Below, in pieces: positions 10,128 through 19,759 of a stretch of DNA of 64,000 nt. This DNA is from a virus (lineage: Duplodnaviria > Caudoviricetes), in the IMG/VR virus record IMGVR_UViG_3300043009_000039, positions 21,822-85,821 of that record; one strand, 5' to 3'. The position numbers were made by a program, and so were the translations under genes. Position 1 is the first letter of the stretch, and every line of letters starts with the position of its first letter. The notes under the pieces are model-generated. The model was not told the origin of the DNA. It made no database searches and saw nothing but the letters and a program-made list of their open reading frames with translations.

Positions 10128-10308
10128 GCAATTCCTTCCAAATCTGCACTAAATTATATAAGCTGTATAAGCTCAATAGCGTAAAAAGCGAATAATAAGC
10201 CGCGCACAACGGAAAGGGCACATGACCCGCATAAATAAAGACGATGCAAAGAATGCACAGCACCGTGCAAATAGCACCAAGCAGAAAAACTACATCTAAC
10301 CTTCTCAT
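10090..10308 (-). CDS. Small two-TM membrane protein (72 aa)
   Basis: Two hydrophobic segments and a basic tail. Confidence 0.6.
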   Translation of the reverse strand: MRRLDVVFLLGAICTVLCILCIVFIYAGHVPFPLCAAYYSLFTLLSLYSLYNLVQIWKELRAEKRNERHKRH

Positions 10309-10571
10309 TTCTCTTCTGTTGTTTTAATATTGTCACTCATCCTTTTCAAGATTTCTTTATACGCTTTGTCACGACGCCTAATCGACCGTTTCATCTCATC
10401 GAATGTCATGCCGGGTCTTTCCAATTCCTCGACAAGCATTGCTTTTGCTCTTCGGACGAACCATTGCATCAAATCTCTCTTTTTGAGGTTGTATTCGATT
10501 ACATCGTCAACTATTGTACTGAATATGCAGTACATTCCGTTTGGTTGTTTTACTACGAATATCGACATCAT
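10305..10571 (-). CDS. Hypothetical protein (88 aa)
   Basis: ORF with coupled start/stop overlap. Confidence 0.7.
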   Translation of the reverse strand: MMSIFVVKQPNGMYCIFSTIVDDVIEYNLKKRDLMQWFVRRAKAMLVEELERPGMTFDEMKRSIRRRDKAYKEILKRMSDNIKTTEEK

Positions 10572-10901
10572 TCACCTCCTTTTCGGTCTGTCGGGTAAAG
10601 GCATCCAATACAACACATCCTCGAAAATTGTAGATAATTCGTCGTCATTGGTATCCCAATAAACCTCACCTTCTTCGTTGCAGTAGTAGGCAACCGCTCT
10701 TGTGCCATACTTGTCAAACACAAGTACGTCTATGTGCTCCTGCGGTAGTTCATCTTTCACACTTATCCAAGTGCGATTGTCGTCCGCCCATTTTGCACCG
10801 TCGCAGAATCCTGCGCAATAAGCAGGTCTTAGCGAGCCGCCCCCTGCATTCAAATAGCCGTAATCAGTTGCGGCATCTTTAATTTGTTCTTCTCGTATCA
10901 T
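10572..10901 (-). CDS. DUF551-domain protein
   Basis: WISVKDELP...VLV...VLYWMPLPDRP signature. Confidence 0.75.
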   Translation of the reverse strand: MIREEQIKDAATDYGYLNAGGGSLRPAYCAGFCDGAKWADDNRTWISVKDELPQEHIDVLVFDKYGTRAVAYYCNEEGEVYWDTNDDELSTIFEDVLYWMPLPDRPKRR

Positions 10902-11310
10902 TGTTCTTTATTTTTATCGTCCTACTAATTGCTGAACACGCAGCCTCAAACGGGGTCGAACCGCGTCCGATTATTAGACGTTGAGAACTGCCCCAATATG
11001 CAGCACAAGTCCAAACGCCCGAATCGCATTGCAGTTTTGGATTTTCCAACAGCCCAAGCAACGCCTCCAAGCTCCATGCGGAAATATACCCGTCCCATAA
11101 CGCATCGAACACCTTTTCGGGATTACTGTTCAGTGTGTTCTTTAAACTCATTCGAATATCACTTAACAACATGGGCTTCTTGGCTATCAATTCATACCTC
11201 TTATCAGTATCAGAGCCGTATGGCTTGTAGTACATATCCGCCGTTTCGTGAGCCACGCCCAATTCAATCAGGCGTTGGCTCTGTTCGATTGTAGTTGCTA
11301 TCTGTGTCAT
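10879..11310 (-). CDS. Hypothetical phage protein (143 aa)
   Basis: ORF in operon; MTQIATTIEQSQRLIELGV...TADMYY N-terminus typical of Bacteroidales phage hypotheticals. Confidence 0.7.
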   Translation of the reverse strand: MTQIATTIEQSQRLIELGVAHETADMYYKPYGSDTDKRYELIAKKPMLLSDIRMSLKNTLNSNPEKVFDALWDGYISAWSLEALLGLLENPKLQCDSGVWTCAAYWGSSQRLIIGRGSTPFEAACSAISRTIKIKNNDTRRTN

Positions 11311-11316
11311 TGTCCT

Positions 11317-11625
11317 TTATTTATTTGCCATTTCATCCGCGACATCTCGTGCGACTTGCATTGCTTTCTCAATGTATTCGGGTGAGAATTTGACCATTGC
11401 ATATGCAAGCGCATGTTGGAGAATCGAATCGGCAATATCTTCATCCTGCATCATCAGGTCACGAACACAAGCGCCTACTTCCAATAATTTGCCGCCATAA
11501 CTTGTTGTTACGATTTTTGACTGCAAGTCGCGGAAAACGGCGATTACTGTACGGTTCTGAGCATCTTTTTTACTCCATGCCTCTATTTTATTGACAATAG
11601 GCTGAATTTCAGATGGTTCTCTCAT
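11317..11625 (-). CDS. Hypothetical protein (102 aa)
   Basis: ORF in operon. Confidence 0.7.
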   Translation of the reverse strand: MREPSEIQPIVNKIEAWSKKDAQNRTVIAVFRDLQSKIVTTSYGGKLLEVGACVRDLMMQDEDIADSILQHALAYAMVKFSPEYIEKAMQVARDVADEMANK

Positions 11626-12178
11626 TGCTTTGTTCTTTATTTAGTTTATTCATTGGCTCGCCATATATGGCAACAAACTCCTCGACGTCCATGTAGTCGA
11701 TGCCGAAGTTCTGCGCGGTCTTTAAGTCCGTGTCCGAATACTGCCCCTCCTTGCCCGAAGCATCGCAAATCATCAGGCATTCCGACTTGGCAAGAGGCTT
11801 GCCGATGTAAGGGCCGCCAAAGACTTTGTATAGCTCCTCGAGCATCCTCGTGTTCGGCTTTCGGTACGGATTGCTTGGATATTCATTGTCGCAGTATCTG
11901 TAACAAACCATACCGAATATGTCGAGATAGTCCTCCAATGCGGCTTCAACGTAGTCTATCTTATGGTTGAAATACGTTTGCCTGACGTATCCTGCCTGAA
12001 TGCCGCCTTGGTTTGATACGATGCCCACAAAGTCGGGGTTGAATCGTTTGATTGCCTCGAATACTTCAAGTCTCAACTCCATGTCCCATACTCCTTTCGG
12101 GAATGTCTTGCCGCTTCGGGTCTTGATAAGTGTTCCGTCGAGGTCGCAGAACAGCAACTTATAATGTCTCATATCCAT
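11609..12178 (-). CDS. HAD-family polynucleotide 3'-phosphatase (PNKP phosphatase-like)
   Basis: FCDLDGTLIKTRSGKTF (DxDxT), SNQGGI, RKPNTRM, and C-terminal DASGK...SDTD motifs. Confidence 0.85.
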   Translation of the reverse strand: MDMRHYKLLFCDLDGTLIKTRSGKTFPKGVWDMELRLEVFEAIKRFNPDFVGIVSNQGGIQAGYVRQTYFNHKIDYVEAALEDYLDIFGMVCYRYCDNEYPSNPYRKPNTRMLEELYKVFGGPYIGKPLAKSECLMICDASGKEGQYSDTDLKTAQNFGIDYMDVEEFVAIYGEPMNKLNKEQSNERTI

Positions 12179-12368
12179 TTAATGTTTCAGGCCAACAGCC
12201 TTCAATTAATACTCCATCTTCGTCATTAAGATGGAAAGGTCTTACTTTCTTCACCTCTTCGTAAAATTCGAATGAAGAAGTCATAACCTTTACATCTGTG
12301 TCTATCCCTTTGCTCTTGAGTTCATCGCGTATCTCTTCGAGCTTGGCGATTAGTTCGTTCAGTGTCAT
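12159..12368 (-). CDS. Hypothetical protein (69 aa)
   Basis: ORF overlapping both neighbours. Confidence 0.6.
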   Translation of the reverse strand: MTLNELIAKLEEIRDELKSKGIDTDVKVMTSSFEFYEEVKKVRPFHLNDEDGVLIEGCWPETLNGYETL

Positions 12369-12829
12369 TCGTCGTCGTCCTCCAATATCAGTTTCATCCT
12401 GCGCGGGCTGTTTTCAAATGTCAGGTTGGGGAAAAAGAAACCGTATTCCTCGAGCACCCCGGTCGCCCCGCTCTCGGGGGAGTACCACGATTCATCGTCG
12501 GTGTCCTCGCAATACCTGCCGTACTGCGGGCGGTCTTCCGACAAAAGGAGCACCCCGTCCTTTCCCCTCGCCGCCCACACTTCAACGGCGTGCTTCTCGT
12601 ACACTCTCTCGGCGTACTCCACGCCGTCGAGGAACGCTTCGTTGATACGACCACGCCACTTGTAGCGGGTGGGGACGGTAGGGTCGGCGAGCATTTCTTT
12701 AATTTCGAGTTCTTTCATTTGAAACCTCCTTTCAGCGTCTATTTTGTTGTACTTAACTTCATCATCTGCTTCGTTAAGACTGTAGGCATTAAGGGCTTCC
12801 ACCCATTTAATAAATTCTTCTACTTTCAT
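12365..12829 (-). CDS. Hypothetical protein (start at MKVEEF)
   Basis: ORF; downstream ATG with AT-rich leader preferred over the track start. Confidence 0.65.
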   Translation of the reverse strand: MKVEEFIKWVEALNAYSLNEADDEVKYNKIDAERRFQMKELEIKEMLADPTVPTRYKWRGRINEAFLDGVEYAERVYEKHAVEVWAARGKDGVLLLSEDRPQYGRYCEDTDDESWYSPESGATGVLEEYGFFFPNLTFENSPRRMKLILEDDDE

Positions 12830-12861
12830 ATTATTCCGTTCATTATCTTCTTCTTCACGTC

Positions 12862-13395
12862 TTAGTCTATCAGTTCGGGACTGTCGTGAATGTTGCCGAT
12901 GACATACGGTGTCAAGAAATGATTCCACGTCAGATACGGGTATTTGTCTTGTATGTCTTTATAGTTGTCATCCCATAGCTCCCAAAAAAGTTCCTCCATG
13001 TTGTCGGAATGAATACCGTTCGAGTCTGGCTCCCATAAGTCTTTAAACGCAAGGGGAAAGTGGTCTTTGTCAGTATTAAAAGAGCCATAGCTAAACTCTA
13101 CTACAGACGCGGTTCGCTCTATGTCGTATTCTTCGACTTCCACATTAGGCGGCGGGTAATTACCGACTTGTCGGTTTGACTGGGAAATCGAGAACGTTTC
13201 GACTATATCGCCCTCGTAAATCTCGTAGCCGTAGACGTCATGAAGCCCCGTGAATTGGCCGACGGTTTCAGGATAGACAGTACATGGCCGACCGTTGGGC
13301 GATGAAATAATATTGCAACCACCATTGTACGTTACGAGGCTTCCCTTTATCCATTTGCCGTACTTATTCTTGCCCCTAAACTTAATCTGTCTCAT
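12862..13395 (-). CDS. YopX-family protein
   Basis: MRQIKFRGK...TVGQFTGLHD...EIYEGDI...VIGNIHD. Confidence 0.85.
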   Translation of the reverse strand: MRQIKFRGKNKYGKWIKGSLVTYNGGCNIISSPNGRPCTVYPETVGQFTGLHDVYGYEIYEGDIVETFSISQSNRQVGNYPPPNVEVEEYDIERTASVVEFSYGSFNTDKDHFPLAFKDLWEPDSNGIHSDNMEELFWELWDDNYKDIQDKYPYLTWNHFLTPYVIGNIHDSPELID

Positions 13396-13819
13396 TTTCT
13401 TCCTCCTCTTCTTTCTGATAGTCGGTGCTGTCAAGTCCGTACCCAACCTCTCTGAATCTCGGATTGTCGTGGATGTTGCCGACTACTTTATACGGCCATG
13501 AGTTTAACTCAACGCTAAGTATATCTATGCAATTGATTGATTGGTCGGATGGGTCAACAAGACGGTACGCAGCGTCTTTATCATCCCAATAAACCATCAT
13601 TCTTGAATTAGGATAGTCCTTGGAAAATAGCACATCACCCTCATAAATCTCCTTACCGTCGATGTCGTATAATCCCGTGAACATACCTACCGTTTCGGAA
13701 TAGACCGGATGAAACTCGGTTGGTCTTGTCACGATTGAAGATGTCGTCTTGAATGTAAAGAGGCTTCCGTAAAACCATTGTCCGTCAATGCCTTTCCCTC
13801 TAAATTTAATTTCTCTCAT
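13382..13819 (-). CDS. YopX-family protein
   Basis: MREIKFRGK...TVGMFTGLYDIDGKEIYEGDV...VVGNIHDNP. Confidence 0.85.
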   Translation of the reverse strand: MREIKFRGKGIDGQWFYGSLFTFKTTSSIVTRPTEFHPVYSETVGMFTGLYDIDGKEIYEGDVLFSKDYPNSRMMVYWDDKDAAYRLVDPSDQSINCIDILSVELNSWPYKVVGNIHDNPRFREVGYGLDSTDYQKEEEEENETD

Positions 13820-14174
13820 TGCTCTCGTTTTTAGCGTTCTTTTTTGCTTGTACTCTTGCCGTAATTATATCTCCCAATAAGGTAGCCGTAGACTTTTTTA
13901 TCCGCTTGTGAAAACCCCTGACGGGATTAATTTCTATCGCTGACCGCTTGATAAGGTTGATAATTATTGCTGCGGCTTCTTCGTTGCTTCTCATCAGCCC
14001 AATAATCAATGCGGCTGTACTCTCGGGTGTGCCGTCTGTGAGTGTGGCAACCATTTTTGATTCCATATCGATAACTGCGGCGACGGCATATAGGTTCTCA
14101 TCAGGCTTGGTGCGTTTTTCGATGTCGGCGATTATTTCCTTTGCCGTTTCAAGTGACGTTTTTGTTTCTTCCAT
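13806..14174 (-). CDS. Hypothetical protein (122 aa)
   Basis: ORF in operon. Confidence 0.7.
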   Translation of the reverse strand: MEETKTSLETAKEIIADIEKRTKPDENLYAVAAVIDMESKMVATLTDGTPESTAALIIGLMRSNEEAAAIIINLIKRSAIEINPVRGFHKRIKKSTATLLGDIITARVQAKKNAKNESNERN

Positions 14175-14177
14175 AGC

Positions 14178-14438
14178 TTATAATGTTTCAAGTTCCTTTT
14201 CAATTGCGAGTTTTCTCTGCTCGAACATCTTCTTAATCTCGGGAATAAACTCGTGGTATGCTTCCCATTCAATGTCGGAATAACTGTCTTTCGCCGTACG
14301 TCCGTTTAAGTCCCATACACCTCTGACAGCCGTTGTGACGGCGCACTTGTCGTTGACATTGAACACTTTGATTATACGTTCTACCTTATTCAACTCGGCT
14401 ATCAGATTTTTTACCTTTTCAATGTTGTCTAAATTCAT
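14178..14438 (-). CDS. Hypothetical protein (86 aa)
   Basis: ORF in operon. Confidence 0.7.
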   Translation of the reverse strand: MNLDNIEKVKNLIAELNKVERIIKVFNVNDKCAVTTAVRGVWDLNGRTAKDSYSDIEWEAYHEFIPEIKKMFEQRKLAIEKELETL

Positions 14439-14450
14439 TTTCTTTGCGTT

Positions 14451-14630
14451 TTATTCATCATCATGCTTTGCTTTCAAGACCAGCGATGCGGGCGTCACGG
14501 TGTAGAATCCGTCAAACGTTGCCTCCTCGCGGTCAATCTCGATGTCGTGGAGCATTCCGTCCTCTCCGAGTACGAATACCTCCTCTTCCTCCTCATTCAA
14601 CAGTGCGTCGATTAATTCCTGCTTGTTCAT
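14451..14630 (-). CDS. Small acidic protein (59 aa; not in the ORF track)
   Basis: MNKQELIDALLNEEEEEVFVLGEDGMLHDIEIDREEATFDGFYTVTPASLVLKAKHDDE; fills the gap exactly. Confidence 0.7.
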   Translation of the reverse strand: MNKQELIDALLNEEEEEVFVLGEDGMLHDIEIDREEATFDGFYTVTPASLVLKAKHDDE

Positions 14631-14631
14631 A

Positions 14632-14919
14632 TCATTTGGTTCTAAGAATAGTTCCTCTCGCTTGTTTTATCTCTTCGAAGCTCATTCTCTGCAAGTCCGT
14701 CAACGACCCCTCGCCTACCGTTCCTTTCGGGTCGGGCATGACGAGAAGATACATCTCGTGGTACTTGTCAAGCTCGTCGTCGTGCTTGTAAATCAGGTAG
14801 ACCGTGCAGGGGCCTACGTGACCGATTGTTTCCAAGAAGCGCACCTTTGACTTGAATCTTTTCAGGCAGAAGTCCTGCAACTGTTTGTCGCCCTCAATCC
14901 ATAGGAAGCTGTAAAACAT
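14632..14919 (-). CDS. Hypothetical protein (95 aa)
   Basis: ORF in operon. Confidence 0.65.
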   Translation of the reverse strand: MFYSFLWIEGDKQLQDFCLKRFKSKVRFLETIGHVGPCTVYLIYKHDDELDKYHEMYLLVMPDPKGTVGEGSLTDLQRMSFEEIKQARGTILRTK

Positions 14920-15220
14920 TGTCTTTGAGTTTTTCGTTTATAATCTTTTTCATATCGCTCGGGGAGCTTATATAGTATGCAAAAGCCGCGATAACTTGAA
15001 GAAACTTTTCTCGTCCGAGCTTTTTGTACAGCGGTATAAAGCGCTCGTCAATCAAATCGTGCGGCTCTGATTCGGCTACACCCAAGACTTTTTTACCGTT
15101 CTTGTCTACGAGCGTGTAAACTTTGCCGTTGATTTTAACCGAGCCGTAGTATCGGGCCAACGAGAGATGGCCGTTTGACCACAGCTCTTTAGGGTAGAGT
15201 ATGTTCACTGTTTGTGCCAT
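14894..15220 (-). CDS. Hypothetical protein (108 aa)
   Basis: ORF in operon. Confidence 0.7.
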   Translation of the reverse strand: MAQTVNILYPKELWSNGHLSLARYYGSVKINGKVYTLVDKNGKKVLGVAESEPHDLIDERFIPLYKKLGREKFLQVIAAFAYYISSPSDMKKIINEKLKDNVLQLPMD

Positions 15221-15449
15221 TTTGTTTAAAGATTAACTGTTCCAATTGTTCATCGTGTTTTTGACTCGACTGATAGATGCCTATGCAAGCCGCTGTAAGG
15301 CCGAAGAGCCATATCAGGACTATGCCTATTAGGAATGTGTGAGTAACGCAGTAGCGGGCGAGTCCGCCGTACATTCCCACTTCATCTTTTTCAATCATGG
15401 CTTGGGCCATATAGTCGGCCAATAACTCTTCATTGTTTCTCTCTTTCAT
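15189..15449 (-). CDS. Single-pass membrane protein (86 aa)
   Basis: Hydrophobic FLIGIVLIWLFGLTAACIGIY segment. Confidence 0.65.
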   Translation of the reverse strand: MKERNNEELLADYMAQAMIEKDEVGMYGGLARYCVTHTFLIGIVLIWLFGLTAACIGIYQSSQKHDEQLEQLIFKQNGTNSEHTLP

Positions 15450-15453
15450 GACG

Positions 15454-15693
15454 TTAATTCGGGTTCTTCTTTATGTTTACAAATTTTACGGGTACGCGGT
15501 CGGCTCTAAGATGTGCCGCGCACAGATATGGTGCTGTTTTAGGGTTACATGCATCCATGCTCGACGCTTCACGATTGAAGAAGTGGCATCCGATACATGA
15601 TTCGCTGTGATATACGACAGCGGGTTTAACTTTCAATTTTGTACCGTCGGGATGTTCGATAATCTCCCCGATGGCGTAATAAGGTTGGCTCAT
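15454..15693 (-). CDS. Small Cys-containing protein (79 aa)
   Basis: CIGCHF...C...C pattern; ORF in operon. Confidence 0.65.
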   Translation of the reverse strand: MSQPYYAIGEIIEHPDGTKLKVKPAVVYHSESCIGCHFFNREASSMDACNPKTAPYLCAAHLRADRVPVKFVNIKKNPN

Positions 15694-16364
15694 GCTTTTG
15701 GTAAATCAAGTTCATATTCTTTCTCCACGGCGTCGATTACGGGCATTACGTACTCGGGATTGGTCATCTTCGAGGCAACCGCTTTGATTGCTTCCACCAC
15801 CTTGGGGTCGTTCGGCAAATCGGGGCAGATGCCTATCTGCGGAATCAGCTCGTCGCGTAGAAAGCCGTACTGCGTCATGATTCCCTGCGGTGCAATCAGT
15901 TGGGCGTCCTTGCACATCGGCATGACTCTCTCGGCAATCGCACAAGCCGCACAGCCGAAAACGGCTGTTGTTTCAATCAGCACGTGCAGGTCGACGTATT
16001 GCGCCTTGCTCTCCACGAGATATGTCCTGATAGAATCCTCGAGGTGTTTCACCTCCTCTTCAAGCATGTCCTCTATCCCCGAAGCGGCATCTGCGAAAGC
16101 CGAGCAGTTGTACAGCGACTTGTTCAGTACCTTTTGAAGGAATGCAACCTGCTCCTTGACTTTCTTGGCGAGCAGCTTCACCTTGTGGCGGTAGAGGTTC
16201 TTGTCGGCTTCAAGGGCCGCAAAAACGTCGCATATGTGCGAGAAGAAGATGTCGGTGCAGAATGCCGCAATGGTCATGTACTCGTAATCGTTCCGTGGCT
16301 TTGCCTGCAACATCGCGGCGTAGTTGCGCGGTCGCATGGCATTTATCATTTGTTTTGCTTCCAT
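15690..16364 (-). CDS. Hypothetical protein (224 aa)
   Basis: Long ORF coupled to the initiator gene. Confidence 0.75.
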   Translation of the reverse strand: MEAKQMINAMRPRNYAAMLQAKPRNDYEYMTIAAFCTDIFFSHICDVFAALEADKNLYRHKVKLLAKKVKEQVAFLQKVLNKSLYNCSAFADAASGIEDMLEEEVKHLEDSIRTYLVESKAQYVDLHVLIETTAVFGCAACAIAERVMPMCKDAQLIAPQGIMTQYGFLRDELIPQIGICPDLPNDPKVVEAIKAVASKMTNPEYVMPVIDAVEKEYELDLPKA

Positions 16365-17053
16365 TACTTGTAAATATCGTCTTGTTGATTGGAACCGCCA
16401 ACTTCGGTCGTTGTCCCTTTCATGATGTTATCGTATGCCTGACGTTCGAAGAAGTCCTTGCAGTAGTGACCTTCGAGAACCTTCGTCACGTTGTTTGCGT
16501 CGCGGCAGAGCCAATCGAAGGTGCAAGACCAGTTCGTTGTGCGTCCCTGAAGGAAACCGCTCGCGGCGATAATCTTAAACGCCTTTATAAGCCCGTCTAC
16601 GGAGATGTCTGCGTTGGCCATCATAGTTCTAAGCTTCTGCTTTCTCTTGGGCGTAAAGCGTGTGATAGGCGGCAAATTCGGGTTGATTAAGCCCCACTGT
16701 TCGGCGATGTAATCGTAGTCGACCGTGAACTTCGGCTTCTCTTCGATTTTCGCCGCTTTGCCCGAGCCTGAATAAGACTCCTTGTAAAGCAGCGCTTTCA
16801 TGACAACCTGCCCGTTCTCGTTGTACGAGGTTTCAATGGCTCCTTTCTCTTGGAGCGATACGATAAGTTCTTTTGCCTCCTTGTCCGTCACGCCCATTGA
16901 AAGTGCAAGCATGTGCGGCGTCATGACAACGCCCGTCGGGTCGGGAGAATAGCTGTCTATCTCGACAAGAGCAAACTTTTCGGGGATGGTCAGCTCCGTG
17001 GTATTCTCCCACAAAGAAAGCGGGATAACGATAAATTGGTGATTTCTTTTCAT
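16364..17053 (-). CDS. Phage replication initiator / replisome-organizer-like protein
   Basis: N-terminal winged-HTH pattern (PEKFALVEIDS...LALSMGVT...LQEKG) and C-terminal TPKRKQKLRT...FLQG...WSCTFDWL...KVLEGHY. Confidence 0.7.
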   Translation of the reverse strand: MKRNHQFIVIPLSLWENTTELTIPEKFALVEIDSYSPDPTGVVMTPHMLALSMGVTDKEAKELIVSLQEKGAIETSYNENGQVVMKALLYKESYSGSGKAAKIEEKPKFTVDYDYIAEQWGLINPNLPPITRFTPKRKQKLRTMMANADISVDGLIKAFKIIAASGFLQGRTTNWSCTFDWLCRDANNVTKVLEGHYCKDFFERQAYDNIMKGTTTEVGGSNQQDDIYK

Positions 17054-17071
17054 TTCAGATATTTATTGGTT

Positions 17072-18172
17072 TTATTCTTGAAGCATCATAGGCATGACAA
17101 GCAGTACGGCGCCCGTATCGCCCTCGCCTCGAATTACGGCGGGTTTTTGAGGCGACATCATCTTCATGTCAATCTTTTCGGTGTCGAATGCCTTCAGCGC
17201 CTGAACGAGGTATTCGGCTTTGACTCCGATACGGATTCTTCCGTTCGTGGTGCATTCGAGTCTTTCCGTCGACTTCTTGGAGTTTTCGAAGTTGTCGGCG
17301 CTTATTTTCACCCCGGTCGGAGAGAAGTCAAGCTCGATAAGGTTCGTTACGGGGCAGAGAAGCGATGTACGCTGAACCGATTCGATAAACTTCACTCGGT
17401 TTATGGTGCAGACCTGCGCGAAGTTCTGCGGAATGATAGACCTGAAATTCGGGTATCTCCCCTCGGTCATGCGGGAGAAGAGAACCGTATTGCCCGCTCT
17501 GAACGATACAATCTTCTCAGAAACGCGAACCACGGCTTCGTCCTTGTCGCTCGTGACCTTTTCAAGCAGTTTGCTCGTCGGGGCGTCGATGTAGAACACC
17601 GTCTTGTCGTATGATTCGGGAATATCAATCGTGTCGGTTGCAAGACGCGAAGAGTCGGTCGCGCAGAAAGTGAACTTGTTGCCGTCCACCTCGCAGTAGA
17701 TTGCCATGAGAGCCTTGCGAAGCTCTTCCGTACCAAGAAAAGGGCTGCCCGTTTTCGCGGCGTATTTCAGAGTCGACAAAGGAACTGTCAGCATGGTCGC
17801 CGTATCAGGCTCTTCCACTTCGGGAAACTCGTCGGCATTTGCGGTTGGAATCTCCATGACGCCCTTGTCGTGAATCACCTTCATAAGATTAAGCTCTGTT
17901 TCAAGCGTGACAACCGCGTCGCCGATGCTGTTTATAATCTTCGAGAACAACGCGCATTCAAGACAGAAGCTCCCGTCATCCCCGAGCACCTCAATGGCTC
18001 GGATATACTTTCGGATGGTTGATTGTCCGTCGGTCGTCTGCAAGCGCAGTCTTTCACCTTTTACCACGATTTTTACGTCGTTTAAAATGGGGAGCAGTTT
18101 ATTCTTCCCCGCAAGAGGCGACACTTCCGCAAGCGCCTCCCTCAATACGATTCTTTCAATTTGTATCTTCAT
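17072..18172 (-). CDS. dnaN: DNA polymerase III beta sliding clamp
   Basis: 366 aa; LPILNDVKI, ATDSSRL, EGRYPNFRSIIP, IGVKAEYL, LLVMPM motifs. Confidence 0.92.
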   Translation of the reverse strand: MKIQIERIVLREALAEVSPLAGKNKLLPILNDVKIVVKGERLRLQTTDGQSTIRKYIRAIEVLGDDGSFCLECALFSKIINSIGDAVVTLETELNLMKVIHDKGVMEIPTANADEFPEVEEPDTATMLTVPLSTLKYAAKTGSPFLGTEELRKALMAIYCEVDGNKFTFCATDSSRLATDTIDIPESYDKTVFYIDAPTSKLLEKVTSDKDEAVVRVSEKIVSFRAGNTVLFSRMTEGRYPNFRSIIPQNFAQVCTINRVKFIESVQRTSLLCPVTNLIELDFSPTGVKISADNFENSKKSTERLECTTNGRIRIGVKAEYLVQALKAFDTEKIDMKMMSPQKPAVIRGEGDTGAVLLVMPMMLQE

Positions 18173-18416
18173 CTGCTTTTACCAATTTGATTTTAAGTCC
18201 GAGTACTTCGAGGACATACAACAGCGTGGTGAGCATGATGTATCCGTCCCCGTCGAAGAGTCTGCGCACGGTCATTGCCGAAATATTGCCGCAGGAATCC
18301 TTGACAATGCGGTACCTAGTCGTGCCGATTTCAGCCAGCCGCTCGTCAAGCTTTCGTTGAATGTCTGACAGAATTTCAGCCTGATAGGGCGTAATCTCCT
18401 TTCTGATATTTCCCAT
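18156..18416 (-). CDS. XRE/Cro-like HTH regulator
   Basis: TTRYRIVKDSCGNISAMTVRRLFDG...LTTLLYVLEVLGLKI. Confidence 0.7.
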   Translation of the reverse strand: MGNIRKEITPYQAEILSDIQRKLDERLAEIGTTRYRIVKDSCGNISAMTVRRLFDGDGYIMLTTLLYVLEVLGLKIKLVKADEDTN

Positions 18417-18440
18417 ATTGTTTTACTGATTAATACTATA

Positions 18441-18472
18441 CAAATATACATATTCTTTTTATTATCTACAAA
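18441..18472 (-). promoter_or_regulatory. Bacteroidota sigma-A-type promoter for the HTH-dnaN-initiator operon
   Basis: TTTG (18469-18472), 20-nt spacer, TATATTTG (18441-18448). Confidence 0.75.
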
Positions 18473-18489
18473 AGAATTGCATCATTTTT

Positions 18490-19233
18490 TTAATATATAG
18501 CGCGAATTTTTTTCAGCATGGAGTAGAAGCGCGGCTTGTCGAACGACATGCCCGTGGAGGTCTTGTACCCGAGGGCGTTCAAATCGTCGATAATCTCGAT
18601 TATGTCGCTGTTTCTATCCACCCGTCCGTTCTTGCTTTCGTAGCGGCAGATGTAACGGTAGAACCGCTGATTGCTCGCGTTGTTCTTGGCCGTTTCGCGT
18701 CTTGAAGCGGCGGATGCGGCATTGGCGGTGCTCAGGTCTGCGCCCTTATCACGGCCCAAATGCGTAATCGTCCGTCCCTTTCTCGACACGTGATGCCCGT
18801 TTGCCTTGATGTGCTCCTTAATCGACTCCAAGCCCGCTTTCGTCTGCAAGCTGATAGACAATGCTTCACGTTCGGCGATGGCGAAGAGAATCGTGATGGT
18901 GAACTTATCCGAGGAGGGTGCGTCGCAGAAGTAGATGTGCCCCTCCATCTTTTCCCATATAGACAACGCTTCGGCACAGTTTCTGAAACGGTTGCTCTTG
19001 GCTATCATCAAGGTGGCGCCCGTGCGTTTGCAATGCTCTATGGCTTTCTGCAACTGTACGCATTCGTTAAGCTCCGTCCCCGTGTAGACCTCTTCGTAGT
19101 CCGCGAGAAGTTCGCCGTTTTCAAATTCGACGAAAGCCTTGACGGTTCGAAGCTGTGCGTCAAGACCCAAGCCCGTTTCCCCCTGACGCCACGTGGATAC
19201 ACGACGCCAAGAGATGAATTTTTTCTTTTCCAT
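18490..19233 (-). CDS. Serine recombinase (resolvase/invertase family) with short C-terminal DNA-binding domain
   Basis: WRRVST catalytic Ser motif, GLDAQ, EVYTG, AKSNRFRN, FAIAEREALSISLQTKAGL. Confidence 0.9.
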   Translation of the reverse strand: MEKKKFISWRRVSTWRQGETGLGLDAQLRTVKAFVEFENGELLADYEEVYTGTELNECVQLQKAIEHCKRTGATLMIAKSNRFRNCAEALSIWEKMEGHIYFCDAPSSDKFTITILFAIAEREALSISLQTKAGLESIKEHIKANGHHVSRKGRTITHLGRDKGADLSTANAASAASRRETAKNNASNQRFYRYICRYESKNGRVDRNSDIIEIIDDLNALGYKTSTGMSFDKPRFYSMLKKIRAIY

Positions 19234-19285
19234 TTTCTCCGTTTTGTTGGTTTAAAGCAGGAGGCTTGATAAAACCTCCCGTATT

Positions 19286-19519
19286 TCATTCGTAAGGATA
19301 AAGCTCGCAAGCCCTTTCAACAAGCTTTACACGGCATTCGCTGTCAAGGTTCGAATAAAGTTGCATGGTTCTGTCGTGAAAGTAATCCAAGCCGTAGGTT
19401 ATCCATTTCTCGAATATGTGATTCCCCAAGTCCTTCCCGAATATTTTCACCGCCTCGTCGCGCGACCATCGGTTGAACATATAGTACATAAAACTGCTTA
19501 CTTGATTTTCCCGTTTCAT
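19286..19519 (-). CDS. Hypothetical protein (77 aa)
   Basis: ORF in operon. Confidence 0.7.
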   Translation of the reverse strand: MKRENQVSSFMYYMFNRWSRDEAVKIFGKDLGNHIFEKWITYGLDYFHDRTMQLYSNLDSECRVKLVERACELYPYE

Positions 19520-19531
19520 GGCCGAAGAGTA

Positions 19532-19756
19532 TTAAAGTTCGATTCTTGAAGCGTTGACACAAAGCGACTGCTTGCCGATGTGTCGCTGATACACGAGCGA
19601 GTCGGAGAGTCCGTTCTCCACGTCTGCAACGATGATTTCGCTGACGAACGAGCCTTTTCTATCCATGTCCGTGTAGATTTCAATCTCCATGCCGTATTCG
19701 TCCATCAACTGAATCAGGTCATGCTTGAATTGTTTGAATTTTTCTGAAAGTTCCAT
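19532..19756 (-). CDS. Hypothetical protein (74 aa)
   Basis: ORF in operon. Confidence 0.65.
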   Translation of the reverse strand: MELSEKFKQFKHDLIQLMDEYGMEIEIYTDMDRKGSFVSEIIVADVENGLSDSLVYQRHIGKQSLCVNASRIEL

Positions 19757-19759
19757 AGC

